Below are positions 17,752 to 28,375 of a stretch of DNA of 64,000 nt, piece after piece (position 1 is the stretch's first letter; each line of letters begins with the position of its first letter). Made by a program: the position numbers and the translations under genes. The notes below the pieces were generated by a model, which ran no database searches, was not told the DNA's origin, and saw only the letters and a list, made by a program, of their open reading frames with translations. This stretch comes from an uncultured delta proteobacterium (lineage in GTDB: Bacteria > Desulfobacterota > Binatia > UBA9968), in NCBI GenBank assembly GCA_963737905.1, contig CAVTUQ010000037.1, forward strand, positions 128,001 through 192,000. Reading direction: 5' to 3'.

Positions 17752-17797
17752 AAAACAGAGCCCTCCGATCAGCCAAGTCGGGGGGCTCTGTTTTTTT
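17752..17797 (+). terminator. Rho-independent terminator
   Basis: AAAACAGAGCCCTCCGA...TCGGGGGGCTCTG followed by T7. Confidence 0.85.
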
Positions 17798-17838
17798 GGA
17801 TCTTTGCTATGTTTGGTCCATCCGGCTAAATAGCGGTA

Positions 17839-18654
17839 ATGAAACACCTCATCGCCGGATTGTCGGCGGAGCGGTACCCGCCCGAACAAGCGAAATTCAG
17901 GTCGCCATTGCTTCTGGTTCATGGTGTGTGGAGCGGAGCTTGGTGCTGGCAAAGCTGGGCCACCCATTTTTGCAACTTAGGATGGGAGTGCATCGCCATC
18001 GATCTGCGGCGGCGCTCTCCACAAAATCCAATGGGAAGCCTCCATAACCTCCGTTTCAACGACTGCATCCAAGATCTCGCAGCGTTTATTCATTCTTTTT
18101 CCATACCGCCGGTTTTGCTGGCAATGGATCTAGGTGCGCTAATGGCGCTCAAGGTTTGCGAGCAAAGCAAAAATTCCGCCCTTATTCTGGTGTCGCCCCC
18201 GTCACCGGGAAATCTGGCGGCCAGATCGCGGCCACAGCGCCTCCTGTGGCTCAAATATGGATTGCTGATTTTCTTGCAGCGGCCATTCCGAATCGACGAG
18301 AGGGACTTTCGCACTTATTTTTTAGCACCACTCCCTGAAAATCTCCAAAGTCGACTTAGCCGTCAGATAGTACCGGAACCCAGCGCGCTGGCTCGCGAGT
18401 TTCTCGTGCCGCGCGTCAACCTCGAGTCTGAGCCATTGAATTGCCCGATCCTGGTTTTGGGAGGCAGCGAAGATCGTATTACACCGCCAGCGACCAGCCG
18501 CCGAATAGCTGAGTGGCTTGGCGGAGAATTCAGAGAATATCCCGGCCAGGGCCATTGGCTGATCGAGATGAACAGCGAACCTATCGTACGGGATGTTCAT
18601 CGCTGGATCATCCAAAAGCTGGGTGAGAAAATTCTCCTTGCCGACTTTTCGTGA
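17839..18654 (+). CDS. Alpha/beta hydrolase-fold protein with atypical nucleophile elbow
   Basis: LLLVHG..SGAWCW, LVLGGSEDRITP and GHWL, but AMDLG where GHSMG is expected. Confidence 0.8.
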   Translation: MKHLIAGLSAERYPPEQAKFRSPLLLVHGVWSGAWCWQSWATHFCNLGWECIAIDLRRRSPQNPMGSLHNLRFNDCIQDLAAFIHSFSIPPVLLAMDLGALMALKVCEQSKNSALILVSPPSPGNLAARSRPQRLLWLKYGLLIFLQRPFRIDERDFRTYFLAPLPENLQSRLSRQIVPEPSALAREFLVPRVNLESEPLNCPILVLGGSEDRITPPATSRRIAEWLGGEFREYPGQGHWLIEMNSEPIVRDVHRWIIQKLGEKILLADFS

Positions 18655-18774
18655 GCCAGTTTCCGACCCTGATTCACTTTGCAGTATATTGCGTCGTCCT
18701 AAGGGGTCCGGTAAAGTAAGATGATTCCGCTGAAGAGCATTTCATAGGTTTTTTAGCAAAATCGTAAATCGTTT

Positions 18775-19338
18775 ATGCCGTCCACATTTTTAAAACGGTT
18801 CTGGGGTTTGCTTCTGCTGTTTTTGGCACTCGGGGCAGCGCCTGGGTGGGCTCAGTCGAAGATCAACTTCAAAGTGATCCCGATTCTCCAACCCATGAAA
18901 GAAGTCGCGCCGACACCTGACTTCAGTCTGGCCAACTCTGAAGGGAAAAAAATTTCTCTCAAGGACTTCAGGGGAAAAACCGTATTTCTTAACTTTTGGG
19001 CGACCTGGTGCGAGCCCTGCCGGGAAGAGATGCCGGCAATGGAAAAACTCTATCAGGATTACAAGAACAAGAACTTTGTGGTCCTGGCGATCAACGTCAA
19101 GGATCGGAGACAGGAGGCGCTGGCCTTCGTCAAAGAGCTCAAGTTGACTTACCCCGTAGCCTTCGACCCGAACGCAGAAGTGGCATCGCTATACGGCGCC
19201 TGGGGACTACCAACCACCTATCTAATCGGCCCCAAAGGGGAAGGACTGGCCCGCGGTTGGGGCCCCGCTGAATGGTACGGTCCAGCCTCTAAAAAACTGT
19301 TCCAAGAGTTGCTCGAAGAGCAGAATGGCCGACGTTAA
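18775..19338 (+). CDS. TlpA/ResA-family thiol-disulfide reductase
   Basis: Signal peptide, NFWATWCEPCREEMP, GLPTTYLI. Confidence 0.9.
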   Translation: MPSTFLKRFWGLLLLFLALGAAPGWAQSKINFKVIPILQPMKEVAPTPDFSLANSEGKKISLKDFRGKTVFLNFWATWCEPCREEMPAMEKLYQDYKNKNFVVLAINVKDRRQEALAFVKELKLTYPVAFDPNAEVASLYGAWGLPTTYLIGPKGEGLARGWGPAEWYGPASKKLFQELLEEQNGRR

Positions 19339-20062
19339 TTTTTTCGTTGCCTTTGCCGCCGGCATCTTTTCGTTTCTCTCCCCCTGCGTGCTGCCGCTCA
19401 TCCCGTCCTATCTATCGTTCGTCTCCGGAGTTTCTTTGGAAGAGATGCGCAGCGATCAAGCATTGCGGCGGGTGCGGTCGCGGGTGGTTTTGAATTCGGT
19501 CGCTTTCATCCTGGGTTTTTCCTTGGTCTTTGTCTCCCTAGGTGCTTCGGCGAGTTATCTCGGCAGTCTATTTTTGGGCTACCGCAACTTCATTCGCCTG
19601 TTAGGCGGGTTGTTTGTTCTTCTTGTGGGACTCTATCTCGTCGGGCTTTTTAAAATCCCTGCATTGGAGCGTTATCTGCAGGTCAATCTGAAGGATAAAC
19701 CCGCGGGTTACATGGGCTCGGTCTTGGTAGGCATCACCTTTGCCGTCGCCTGGACGCCCTGTGTCGGACCGATCTTGGGAGCCATTCTCGCGCTGGCCGG
19801 AACTTCAGGTGAAGTCGGCCGGGGGATCTTGTTGCTCTCGACTTATGCCGCGGGTCTGGCCTTGCCATTCTTCCTGAGCGCGCTGGCAGTCAACTCCTTT
19901 TTCCAATTTTCGCAGACATTTCGTCGCTACATACAACTGGTTCACGTGATGGGAGGCGTGTTGTTAATCTTCGTAGGGATGCTGCTGCTTACGGACTATA
20001 TGACGTTCCTCAATGCCTACGTGCTTCGCTTCACACCGGACTGGCTGCTTAAAAGACTCTAG
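19325..20062 (+). CDS. ccdA: Cytochrome c biogenesis protein CcdA
   Basis: SFLSPCVLPLIP and WTPCVGPIL; overlaps the TlpA gene. Confidence 0.92.
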   Translation: MADVNFFVAFAAGIFSFLSPCVLPLIPSYLSFVSGVSLEEMRSDQALRRVRSRVVLNSVAFILGFSLVFVSLGASASYLGSLFLGYRNFIRLLGGLFVLLVGLYLVGLFKIPALERYLQVNLKDKPAGYMGSVLVGITFAVAWTPCVGPILGAILALAGTSGEVGRGILLLSTYAAGLALPFFLSALAVNSFFQFSQTFRRYIQLVHVMGGVLLIFVGMLLLTDYMTFLNAYVLRFTPDWLLKRL

Positions 20063-20287
20063 CGAGCGCCTCCGGCTCGCGCATGCGCTTAATCGTTTCC
20101 TTCAACGAACCATCTAGTACGCCTCCTAGCGATCTATCGCGCGCATCGCCTCTGAGTCTTTTTGAGCCGTCTGCAAAGATTGGCTAATCACCTAATTTGA
20201 CCTGCCTATGGCTACATGTTAATTTTTTTGGAATGCTAAACGGCTTAGATGGTCGTTGTCTTATCAGTTGCGAATTCCGGATCAAAC

Positions 20288-20851
20288 ATGAGCATTAACA
20301 ACATGGAAGACCAGATCCGCCATATCTTGAAGGCTTTGGGCGAAGACCCGGATCGTGAAGGGCTTCTAAAGACACCTTACCGGGTAACTCAGGCCCTGAC
20401 TTTCTTGACCCAGGGCTATCAACAGGATCCGGCAAAGGTCATCAATGACGCGCTTTTCACCGAAGAGTACGAAGAGATGATCGTCCAAAGGGATATTGAC
20501 TTTTATTCCCTTTGCGAACATCACCTGTTGCCCTTCTTCGGCAAGGCACACGTTGCCTATATCCCGCATCACAAGATCGTGGGTATTTCCAAACTCGCCC
20601 GTTTGGTAGATGTCTACGCTCGGAGGCTCCAGGTTCAGGAACGGCTGACCAACCAGATCGCGAATACCATTATGGAGAAGCTCGATCCGCTTGGCGTGGC
20701 GGTCGTCATTGAGGCCGAGCACCTGTGCATGAGAATGCGCGGGGTTGAAAAGCAAAACTCTATGATCATCACCAGCACGTTGCTCGGCGCTTTCCGCACG
20801 CGGCAAGAGACACGGCAAGAATTCATGACGTTGATCCGGCACAAAGATTAA
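20288..20851 (+). CDS. folE: GTP cyclohydrolase I
   Basis: [36 protein letters not shown]. Confidence 0.96.
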   Translation: MSINNMEDQIRHILKALGEDPDREGLLKTPYRVTQALTFLTQGYQQDPAKVINDALFTEEYEEMIVQRDIDFYSLCEHHLLPFFGKAHVAYIPHHKIVGISKLARLVDVYARRLQVQERLTNQIANTIMEKLDPLGVAVVIEAEHLCMRMRGVEKQNSMIITSTLLGAFRTRQETRQEFMTLIRHKD

Positions 20852-20861
20852 TCGAGCCCCC

Positions 20862-22340
20862 GTGGAAACAAGATTCAGAGACACCAATGCAGATGCTATC
20901 AAGACCGATCTTCTGGTCTTGCCCGCAGAAGAAAAAACACTAGAGGCGCCGGCTATTCGCGCTCTCGACCGCCGTCTCAAAGGAAAGCTCAGCGAGCAAA
21001 TTCAGAAAAGCAGGTTCACGGGGGCCGAAGGAAGCAGCCTCCTCTACTCCACTGCCGGGATCTTACCGGCATCTCATTTGCTCTTAGTCGGCTTCGGTAA
21101 AACGAACGATGTTGACTCCGATACCTGGCGAAAGGCGGGCGCGCGCGCAAGGAAGGAAGCGTTGGCGGTGGGCGCCCAAGAGATCGCCTTCTTTTTTGCG
21201 CCGGACAAAGACTCGGATGACGCGGCGGGGGCCGTTGTCGAGGGCGCGACCCTCGCCTCCTACCGATTCAGCAAGTACCGCTCGAACTCGAATGTCGCGA
21301 CGGCGGTGAAAAGTCTCACATTGTTCAAACCAGGCCTCAAGCGAACCGCGTCCTTGGAGCGTTCAGTGCTCAGGGTAGAGCAGACGATTCCGGGCGTATT
21401 CCTGGCGCGTGATCTCGTGAATGAGCCGCCCTCTGTCACAACCGCTCGCTTTCTGGGCGAGCAAGCAGAGCGCCATTGCCGCGGACGCGGCTTGTCGGTC
21501 GAAGTTTGGGGCAGAAAAAAGATCGAGGCAATGAATCTCGCTGGCCTTTTGGCGGTGAACCGCGGTAGCTATGAGGAACCGCGCTTCATCAAGATCCATT
21601 ATCAACCCGGCGGCAAGGCACGGAAGAAAGTCGTTCTGATCGGTAAGGGAATTACTTTCGATTCCGGCGGTTTGTCGCTCAAACCGGCGAAGTCCATGGA
21701 AACGATGAAGCTCGACATGGCCGGTGGAGCGGCGGTCATCGGCACCATGAGCCGCCTGCCCTACCTCCGCCCGGATATCGAAGTCACCGGCTATATTCCC
21801 GCAACCGACAATCTCCCAGGCGGCAATGCCCAGAAGCCGGGCGACGTGATTCGCTACTTGAATGGGAAAACCATCGAGGTTCTCAACACCGACGCCGAGG
21901 GACGCCTGATCTTGGCTGACGCGTTGGCCCTCGCGGCAAAACAGAAGCCGGACTACATGGTCAACTTGGCGACTTTGACCGGCGCTTGTATGGTTGCTCT
22001 TGGAAACGGAGTGGCAGGAATTTTTAGCAACCAACAGGCCTTGGCCGACAACCTCATGCGCTGCGGGAGGGATGCCGGTGAAAAACTGTGGCAACTACCG
22101 CTTGTGAAAGAGTATCGTGAAGCGTTGAAGAGCAGTGTGGCGGACATGAAAAATGTTGCCGGCCCTCACGGTGGTGCCATCACCGCCGCCTTGATTTTGC
22201 AAGAATTCGTGGATGATATTCCGTGGGCGCATTTGGACATTGCCGGTCCGGCCTTTGCAGAAACGGATACCGCCATCTGTGCCAAGGGCGGCACAGGCTT
22301 TGGAGTCCGTACCCTAGTTAGATTTTTATTGACACTATAA
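20862..22340 (+). CDS. pepA: Leucyl aminopeptidase (M17)
   Basis: GKGITFDSGG, MKLDMAG, NTDAEGRL. Confidence 0.95.
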   Translation: METRFRDTNADAIKTDLLVLPAEEKTLEAPAIRALDRRLKGKLSEQIQKSRFTGAEGSSLLYSTAGILPASHLLLVGFGKTNDVDSDTWRKAGARARKEALAVGAQEIAFFFAPDKDSDDAAGAVVEGATLASYRFSKYRSNSNVATAVKSLTLFKPGLKRTASLERSVLRVEQTIPGVFLARDLVNEPPSVTTARFLGEQAERHCRGRGLSVEVWGRKKIEAMNLAGLLAVNRGSYEEPRFIKIHYQPGGKARKKVVLIGKGITFDSGGLSLKPAKSMETMKLDMAGGAAVIGTMSRLPYLRPDIEVTGYIPATDNLPGGNAQKPGDVIRYLNGKTIEVLNTDAEGRLILADALALAAKQKPDYMVNLATLTGACMVALGNGVAGIFSNQQALADNLMRCGRDAGEKLWQLPLVKEYREALKSSVADMKNVAGPHGGAITAALILQEFVDDIPWAHLDIAGPAFAETDTAICAKGGTGFGVRTLVRFLLTL

Positions 22341-22352
22341 GGAGACACTACC

Positions 22353-22679
22353 ATGGGAAAAATTACCGAAGTTGGAGACAATAATTTTGATGCCGAGGTG
22401 CTGGGCTGCGATTTACCGGTGCTGGTCGATTTCTGGGCGCCCTGGTGCGGACCCTGTAAAACTATCGCTCCCATCGTCGAGGAAATTGCCGGCCAGTTTG
22501 AGGGCAAGTTAAAGGTGGCGAAGCTGAACGTCGATGATCATCCTGCCACGGCGTCGCGCTACGGCATCCGGGGCATTCCTAACTTGATCATCTTGAAAGC
22601 TGGAGCAGTGAAGGAGCAAATCGTCGGGGCCGTACCCAAGGCACGGTTAGTTAGCGCTATTGAGAAAGCGCTGCAATAG
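22353..22679 (+). CDS. trxA: Thioredoxin
   Basis: WAPWCGPC, 108 aa. Confidence 0.95.
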   Translation: MGKITEVGDNNFDAEVLGCDLPVLVDFWAPWCGPCKTIAPIVEEIAGQFEGKLKVAKLNVDDHPATASRYGIRGIPNLIILKAGAVKEQIVGAVPKARLVSAIEKALQ

Positions 22680-22740
22680 AAAAAGACTGACCGATGACAG
22701 AAGACCGTAGACGGTCCCCGGTCTTCAGTCTGCCGTCGGT

Positions 22741-23844
22741 CTAGAACGTGTAACGTCGCATGCTCACGTTGATCATTACCCCTAAAGCAAACATCATGGA
22801 GGCCAGGGACGAACCACCGTAGCTGACCATCGGAAGCGGTACCCCCACCACCGGCATGATCCCTGTTACCATGGCAACGTTAATAACCACATGCCAAAAG
22901 AAAATCGCAACCATTCCGAATACCAACAAACCGCCAAAACGATCTTTGGCCCGCTCGATCAATCGAAACGAATAGACAATCAGCGCGAAGTAAAGCAGAA
23001 GTAAAATCAAGCAACCCACAAAACCCCACTCTTCGGAGAAAACAGCAAAAATAAAATCCGTGTGCTGGGCGGGCAAGAAGTCGAGCCGGTTCTGTGTCCC
23101 GTGGAGATAACCCTTGCCAAAAAGCCTGCCGGAACCAATCGCGATCTTCGACTGAATGACGTGGTAGCCTGCTCCCAGCGGATCACGATCTGGATCGAGA
23201 AAGGTCAAAATGCGCGCGCGCTGGTAGGACTTCAGAAAATGCCAAGCAATAGGAAGAAGAGCCAGGCCGGCGCCTAGCAGGTAGAGAAAAGAACGCGGCC
23301 TGAGCCCGCCCATCAGTATCATGCTGAGAAAGACAATCCCCAGAATCATAGCGGTACCCAAGTCCGGTTGCACCAGGGTCAGGATAATCAGCGGGATAAC
23401 CAACACAAACGGCACCCAAAGATCACTCAGTCGAAACCCTCGCGAAGGCTCGTCACTTTGCAGATACCTTGCCATCACCAGAACAATCGCGAGTTTCGCG
23501 GGCTCCGAAGGCTGCAATCGGAAAAACCCGAGGTTGATCCAGCGCTGGGACCCGCCGCCGGAATGGCCGACAAAAAGAACTAGAAGCAGCAGCAAGAGCA
23601 TAGCCCCGTAAAACGGGTACGCAAGCCGATCGAGATAGTGATAATCGAAGGCCACGGCCGCCAGCAGGGCTATGAGGCCCAGTCCTAGCCAAAGCAGTTG
23701 CCTGGAGGGTAAGCCGCCGGCGTGCCCTTCGGCGATATTGTAATTTGCGCTGTAGATCGTCGTGACGCCGATAGCAACAAACGCCAGAGCCAAGAGAAGC
23801 AGCGTCCAATCAAAGTGCGCAACCAGTCGCCGGTCAATCTGCAC
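22741..23844 (-). CDS. rodA: Rod shape-determining protein RodA
   Basis: QPSEPAK, QPDLGT, HTDFIF and SYGGSS; downstream of mrdA. GTG 23844 is the likely start. Confidence 0.95.
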   Translation of the reverse strand: MQIDRRLVAHFDWTLLLLALAFVAIGVTTIYSANYNIAEGHAGGLPSRQLLWLGLGLIALLAAVAFDYHYLDRLAYPFYGAMLLLLLLVLFVGHSGGGSQRWINLGFFRLQPSEPAKLAIVLVMARYLQSDEPSRGFRLSDLWVPFVLVIPLIILTLVQPDLGTAMILGIVFLSMILMGGLRPRSFLYLLGAGLALLPIAWHFLKSYQRARILTFLDPDRDPLGAGYHVIQSKIAIGSGRLFGKGYLHGTQNRLDFLPAQHTDFIFAVFSEEWGFVGCLILLLLYFALIVYSFRLIERAKDRFGGLLVFGMVAIFFWHVVINVAMVTGIMPVVGVPLPMVSYGGSSLASMMFALGVMINVSMRRYTF

Positions 23845-25717
23845 GCGTTGCTCCTTCGACGTGCGCTTGTTGTTGCTCAACCGGCCGGGCTTGCAGCTCC
23901 ATGTATTTCTCGATCACTTTTTTCGCCAGAGGAGCGGCAGCGTCTCCGCCGTGCCCGCCGTGCTCGACCAAAGTCACCACGGCAATTTTCGGATTCTGTG
24001 CCGGCGCGTAAGCGACAAACCAGGCGTGATCGCGGTTAAAATAGGCCAGCTTTTCGCTCTTCACGTAGGCGCCCCCCTTCATCTCCACAACTTGCGCCGT
24101 CCCTGTCTTGCCGGCAATTTCGACCACGCTTGACCTCGCCGCAGCACCGGTTCCCCCGGGGCCTTTGACTACGTCGGCCAAAGCCTTGTGCAGACGTTCC
24201 AAAGTCGCTGGTTTCAAGTTGATCGTGCGGATCTTCTCCGGTCCGTATTCGCGCGCCACCGTACCGTCCACGGATTCCACTTTATCAACGATCCTGGGGC
24301 GGTAGAGCGTCCCGCCGTTGGCCACCGCGGCCATCATATTGGCGAGTTGCAAAGGCGTTACCGTGAGATAGCCTTGACCAATGCCGATGGAAATTGTTTC
24401 TCCCGGATACCATGGCTGGCGGTAGCGTTTTCTTTTCCATTCACTGTCAGGAACTAAACCACCTTTCTCGTCATCAAGGCTGGCGCCGCTTTTCTCTCCC
24501 AAGCCGAACGTCCGGGCCCATTTCGCAATTCGATCTACACCGATTCTTTGAGCCGCTTGATAGAAGTAAGTGTCACACGACTCAACAATCGCCCGGTGCA
24601 GATCCACGGAACCATGCCCGCCCTTTTTCCAATCACGGAACTGACGATTGCCGAAGTAATAGTAGCCGGGATCGGAGATCCGGCTTTCGGGTTGCAACAC
24701 GCCCTCTTCCAGCCCAGCAATGGCCATGATGATCTTAAAAGTAGAACCGGGAGGATATTGACCTTGAATCGCCCGGTTGCTCAAGGGTCGGAGCCGATCT
24801 TTCAACAGCGTTTGCCACTCATCCGATTTGATTCCCCGCGCAAACATATTGGGGTCAAAGGCTGGCGTGCTGACCATCGCTAGAATAGCGCCCGTATTGA
24901 CGTCGAGAGCAACGATTGTTCCCTCCTTGTCCTTGAGTGCCTCGAAGGCGGTCTCTTGAAGCTGGCGGTCCAAGGTCAAGTGCACCGTGTAGCCGGGAAC
25001 ATCGGTAACTTCATGAAGCACCCGCACCCGTCGCCCGAGCGCGTCCACTTCGACTTGTTGACCGCCGCTCTGACCGCGAAGAACGTATTCCCAAGTTTTT
25101 TCCAGACCGGACTGTCCAAATTCGTCGCCGGTGGCGTAACCCTCATCTTTTAGGGTCTTCAGCTGTTTGGGGCCGATCTCGCCCAGGTATCCGAGAACGT
25201 GAGAGCCAACCGGTCCATCTGCGTAACTGCGCCGCGGACGCGCGCGCAGGGTAACTCCGGGTAAATCGATCTGATGGGATTCCACGGCGACGACGCTCGC
25301 CCAATCCACGTCCTTACCTATTACGATTTCTTCAAAGGCGGGCCGTTTCTTATTCTCTTCGAAAATGGCAAGCAACTCCTTCTCGTCCCTCCGGAGGTAG
25401 CGCGCCAATTGACGCAGTGTATTCTCCGGCTCCTCAGCATCCTCGGCCACAAACAGCAAATCGAAGGAGGGGCGACTATCAACAAGGAGTTGCCCTTGCC
25501 GGTCAACAACCATCCCTCTCGTGCCGGGAATTCTCTTGATGCGCACGCGGTTATTCTCAGACAGAAATGTGTACCGTTCACCATCAACCACCTGGAGGAA
25601 AAAGAGCCGGGTGAGAAGAGCTCCGAATACTAGAATCAGAACAAGGTACAGCAGGCGAGTTCGTCTACGTAGCTCAGGGGCGCCGTCTTGTCTATTGATA
25701 TCAGCGAGTAACGCCAT
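23834..25717 (-). CDS. mrdA: Penicillin-binding protein 2
   Basis: PGSTFK (SxxK), SCD (SxD) and KTG, within the mre operon. Confidence 0.95.
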   Translation of the reverse strand: MALLADINRQDGAPELRRRTRLLYLVLILVFGALLTRLFFLQVVDGERYTFLSENNRVRIKRIPGTRGMVVDRQGQLLVDSRPSFDLLFVAEDAEEPENTLRQLARYLRRDEKELLAIFEENKKRPAFEEIVIGKDVDWASVVAVESHQIDLPGVTLRARPRRSYADGPVGSHVLGYLGEIGPKQLKTLKDEGYATGDEFGQSGLEKTWEYVLRGQSGGQQVEVDALGRRVRVLHEVTDVPGYTVHLTLDRQLQETAFEALKDKEGTIVALDVNTGAILAMVSTPAFDPNMFARGIKSDEWQTLLKDRLRPLSNRAIQGQYPPGSTFKIIMAIAGLEEGVLQPESRISDPGYYYFGNRQFRDWKKGGHGSVDLHRAIVESCDTYFYQAAQRIGVDRIAKWARTFGLGEKSGASLDDEKGGLVPDSEWKRKRYRQPWYPGETISIGIGQGYLTVTPLQLANMMAAVANGGTLYRPRIVDKVESVDGTVAREYGPEKIRTINLKPATLERLHKALADVVKGPGGTGAAARSSVVEIAGKTGTAQVVEMKGGAYVKSEKLAYFNRDHAWFVAYAPAQNPKIAVVTLVEHGGHGGDAAAPLAKKVIEKYMELQARPVEQQQAHVEGATRAD

Positions 25718-25724
25718 CTTACTC

Positions 25725-26228
25725 TCAGGCAGTTACGCGGATCCGTTCCAGGAAGGCTTGTCCGCGCCGCAACAGAGCGAACGCCACCGGCGCCAGTACC
25801 GCGGCGACCAGCGCTTCCAATAAAATATAGCGGAGGGCGCCCGTCCAAAAACCATCGACGCTTAAAAACACAGTCCAAACCAATATCAAGGCCGCACCTT
25901 TGACCAGGGATGCCAAGAGAACGACGATGGAACTCACCACGGGGCTGTGCAGCCAAATGGATCGCGAACTGAGATAAACTGCCAGAAACACGAGCGACAT
26001 GGCGAACGCGTTGAGACCTAGAATGGGACTCGACACAACATCCACCGAGTAACCCAACAAGAAAGATCCCAGAGCAGCGCCAACGGTGGGATGGTACAGA
26101 CCCCAATAGACGCAAAGCACAAGAATCAAGTCGGGAACCACCGGGCCCAGGGGAAGGAGATGGAGAAAAGTCGTTTGTAATAGCATCAGCAATAGGCCCA
26201 CGATAAAAAATGAAAGCGAAAGTTTCAT
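25725..26228 (-). CDS. mreD: Rod shape-determining protein MreD
   Basis: Hydrophobic, PDLIL motif, position between mreC and mrdA. Confidence 0.88.
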   Translation of the reverse strand: MKLSLSFFIVGLLLMLLQTTFLHLLPLGPVVPDLILVLCVYWGLYHPTVGAALGSFLLGYSVDVVSSPILGLNAFAMSLVFLAVYLSSRSIWLHSPVVSSIVVLLASLVKGAALILVWTVFLSVDGFWTGALRYILLEALVAAVLAPVAFALLRRGQAFLERIRVTA

Positions 26229-26264
26229 CGTATATCTACAATAATCAAATCGCCGGAATGGATT

Positions 26265-27098
26265 CTAATTTTTTTCCTGGTTGATGTCAGTCTTGACGAT
26301 CAGAACTTCTTCGGTCCGCTCCAGGTTAACCGCCGGCATGACTTCAATATACTGAAAAAGGCCAAGGGTTTGTTTGCGCACTTTAGTCACGGTTCCCACC
26401 ACGATGCCCTTGGGGAAGATACCGTCGAAACCTGAGGTCACAAGCCGGTCCCCTTCCTGAATATCTTCGCTCCGCTTCACGTACTTTAGGATGGTGCCGC
26501 TATCCAGCGAACCTGAGGCAATACCGCGGGCCCGCGTCCGCTGAACGAAAACATCGACGCCGTTGTTCGGATCGGTGAGCAACAATACCTTTGCCGTCCG
26601 TGTCGTGACCGCCACAACTTGCCCGACAACGCCCAAAGGCGTAACCACCGCCATACCCTTGCGCACACCGTCGGCGCTGCCCTTGTCCAAGAGACAGCTT
26701 TTAAACCAACTACTGCCGCTGTTGGCGATAATCGAGGCAGTCACCGTAGCGGACGGCAGATGGGAACGAAATTCCAAGAGTTCCTGCAGTCGCCGATTCG
26801 TGGCTCCGGCTTCTAGCAGTTGATTTTTTTCAACCTCCAACTGTTGAATCCGTTTTCTGAGTTTCTCGTTCTCGGATTTATAGCCCGCCAACATCGAAGT
26901 GCTGTTTTGAATCTCCTCGATCCAACTCGTGGTCGCCTGAGCAGCGATCTGCAACGGACGGATGATCCAAAGCAGTACGGGACCAATAGGGTCATTTCTC
27001 AGCTGTCCGCGTGCGGCAGCAGTCAAGATATAAAGCGACAGGAGAAGACAGAAACAAGAGCTTAGAAGGATTTGGTTTTTGCGAAGAAAAGCGAACAT
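26265..27098 (-). CDS. mreC: Rod shape-determining protein MreC
   Basis: TM segment, coiled coil, DKGSADGV, TSG.DGIFPKG. Confidence 0.93.
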   Translation of the reverse strand: MFAFLRKNQILLSSCFCLLLSLYILTAAARGQLRNDPIGPVLLWIIRPLQIAAQATTSWIEEIQNSTSMLAGYKSENEKLRKRIQQLEVEKNQLLEAGATNRRLQELLEFRSHLPSATVTASIIANSGSSWFKSCLLDKGSADGVRKGMAVVTPLGVVGQVVAVTTRTAKVLLLTDPNNGVDVFVQRTRARGIASGSLDSGTILKYVKRSEDIQEGDRLVTSGFDGIFPKGIVVGTVTKVRKQTLGLFQYIEVMPAVNLERTEEVLIVKTDINQEKN

Positions 27099-27148
27099 GG
27101 AAGGCTCATTCGCCTCCAAAGGGCGGGGACCACAGAGGTCTCAGAAAC

Positions 27149-28216
<1,068 letters not shown>

Positions 28217-28375
28217 CTAAGCAGAGAGAAAATAACAGATTTGGCGTTTTCTAGCAAGGTAATGAAAAAATAAAGGAAAAACGCCGACCAGAGGGGGCGG
28301 CAATGGTTGCAACTGCGGGAACCTTTTCCTATTATGGAAAAATAGTTTTATTTTGATTGAAAGGGTTGACGATTT

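Noticed and set aside
17505-17797. tmRNA, a type I toxin, or a lysine attenuator
   Set aside because: There are no tRNA-like ends or Ala-ending tag, the peptide has no hydrophobic helix, and the downstream gene is unrelated to lysine metabolism.
21363-22094. Long antisense ORFs (e.g. 21363..22094, 20366..20980, 38148..38816, 31007..31645)
   Set aside because: They overlap confidently assigned genes and lack motifs, as expected for GC-rich shadow or alternate-frame ORFs.
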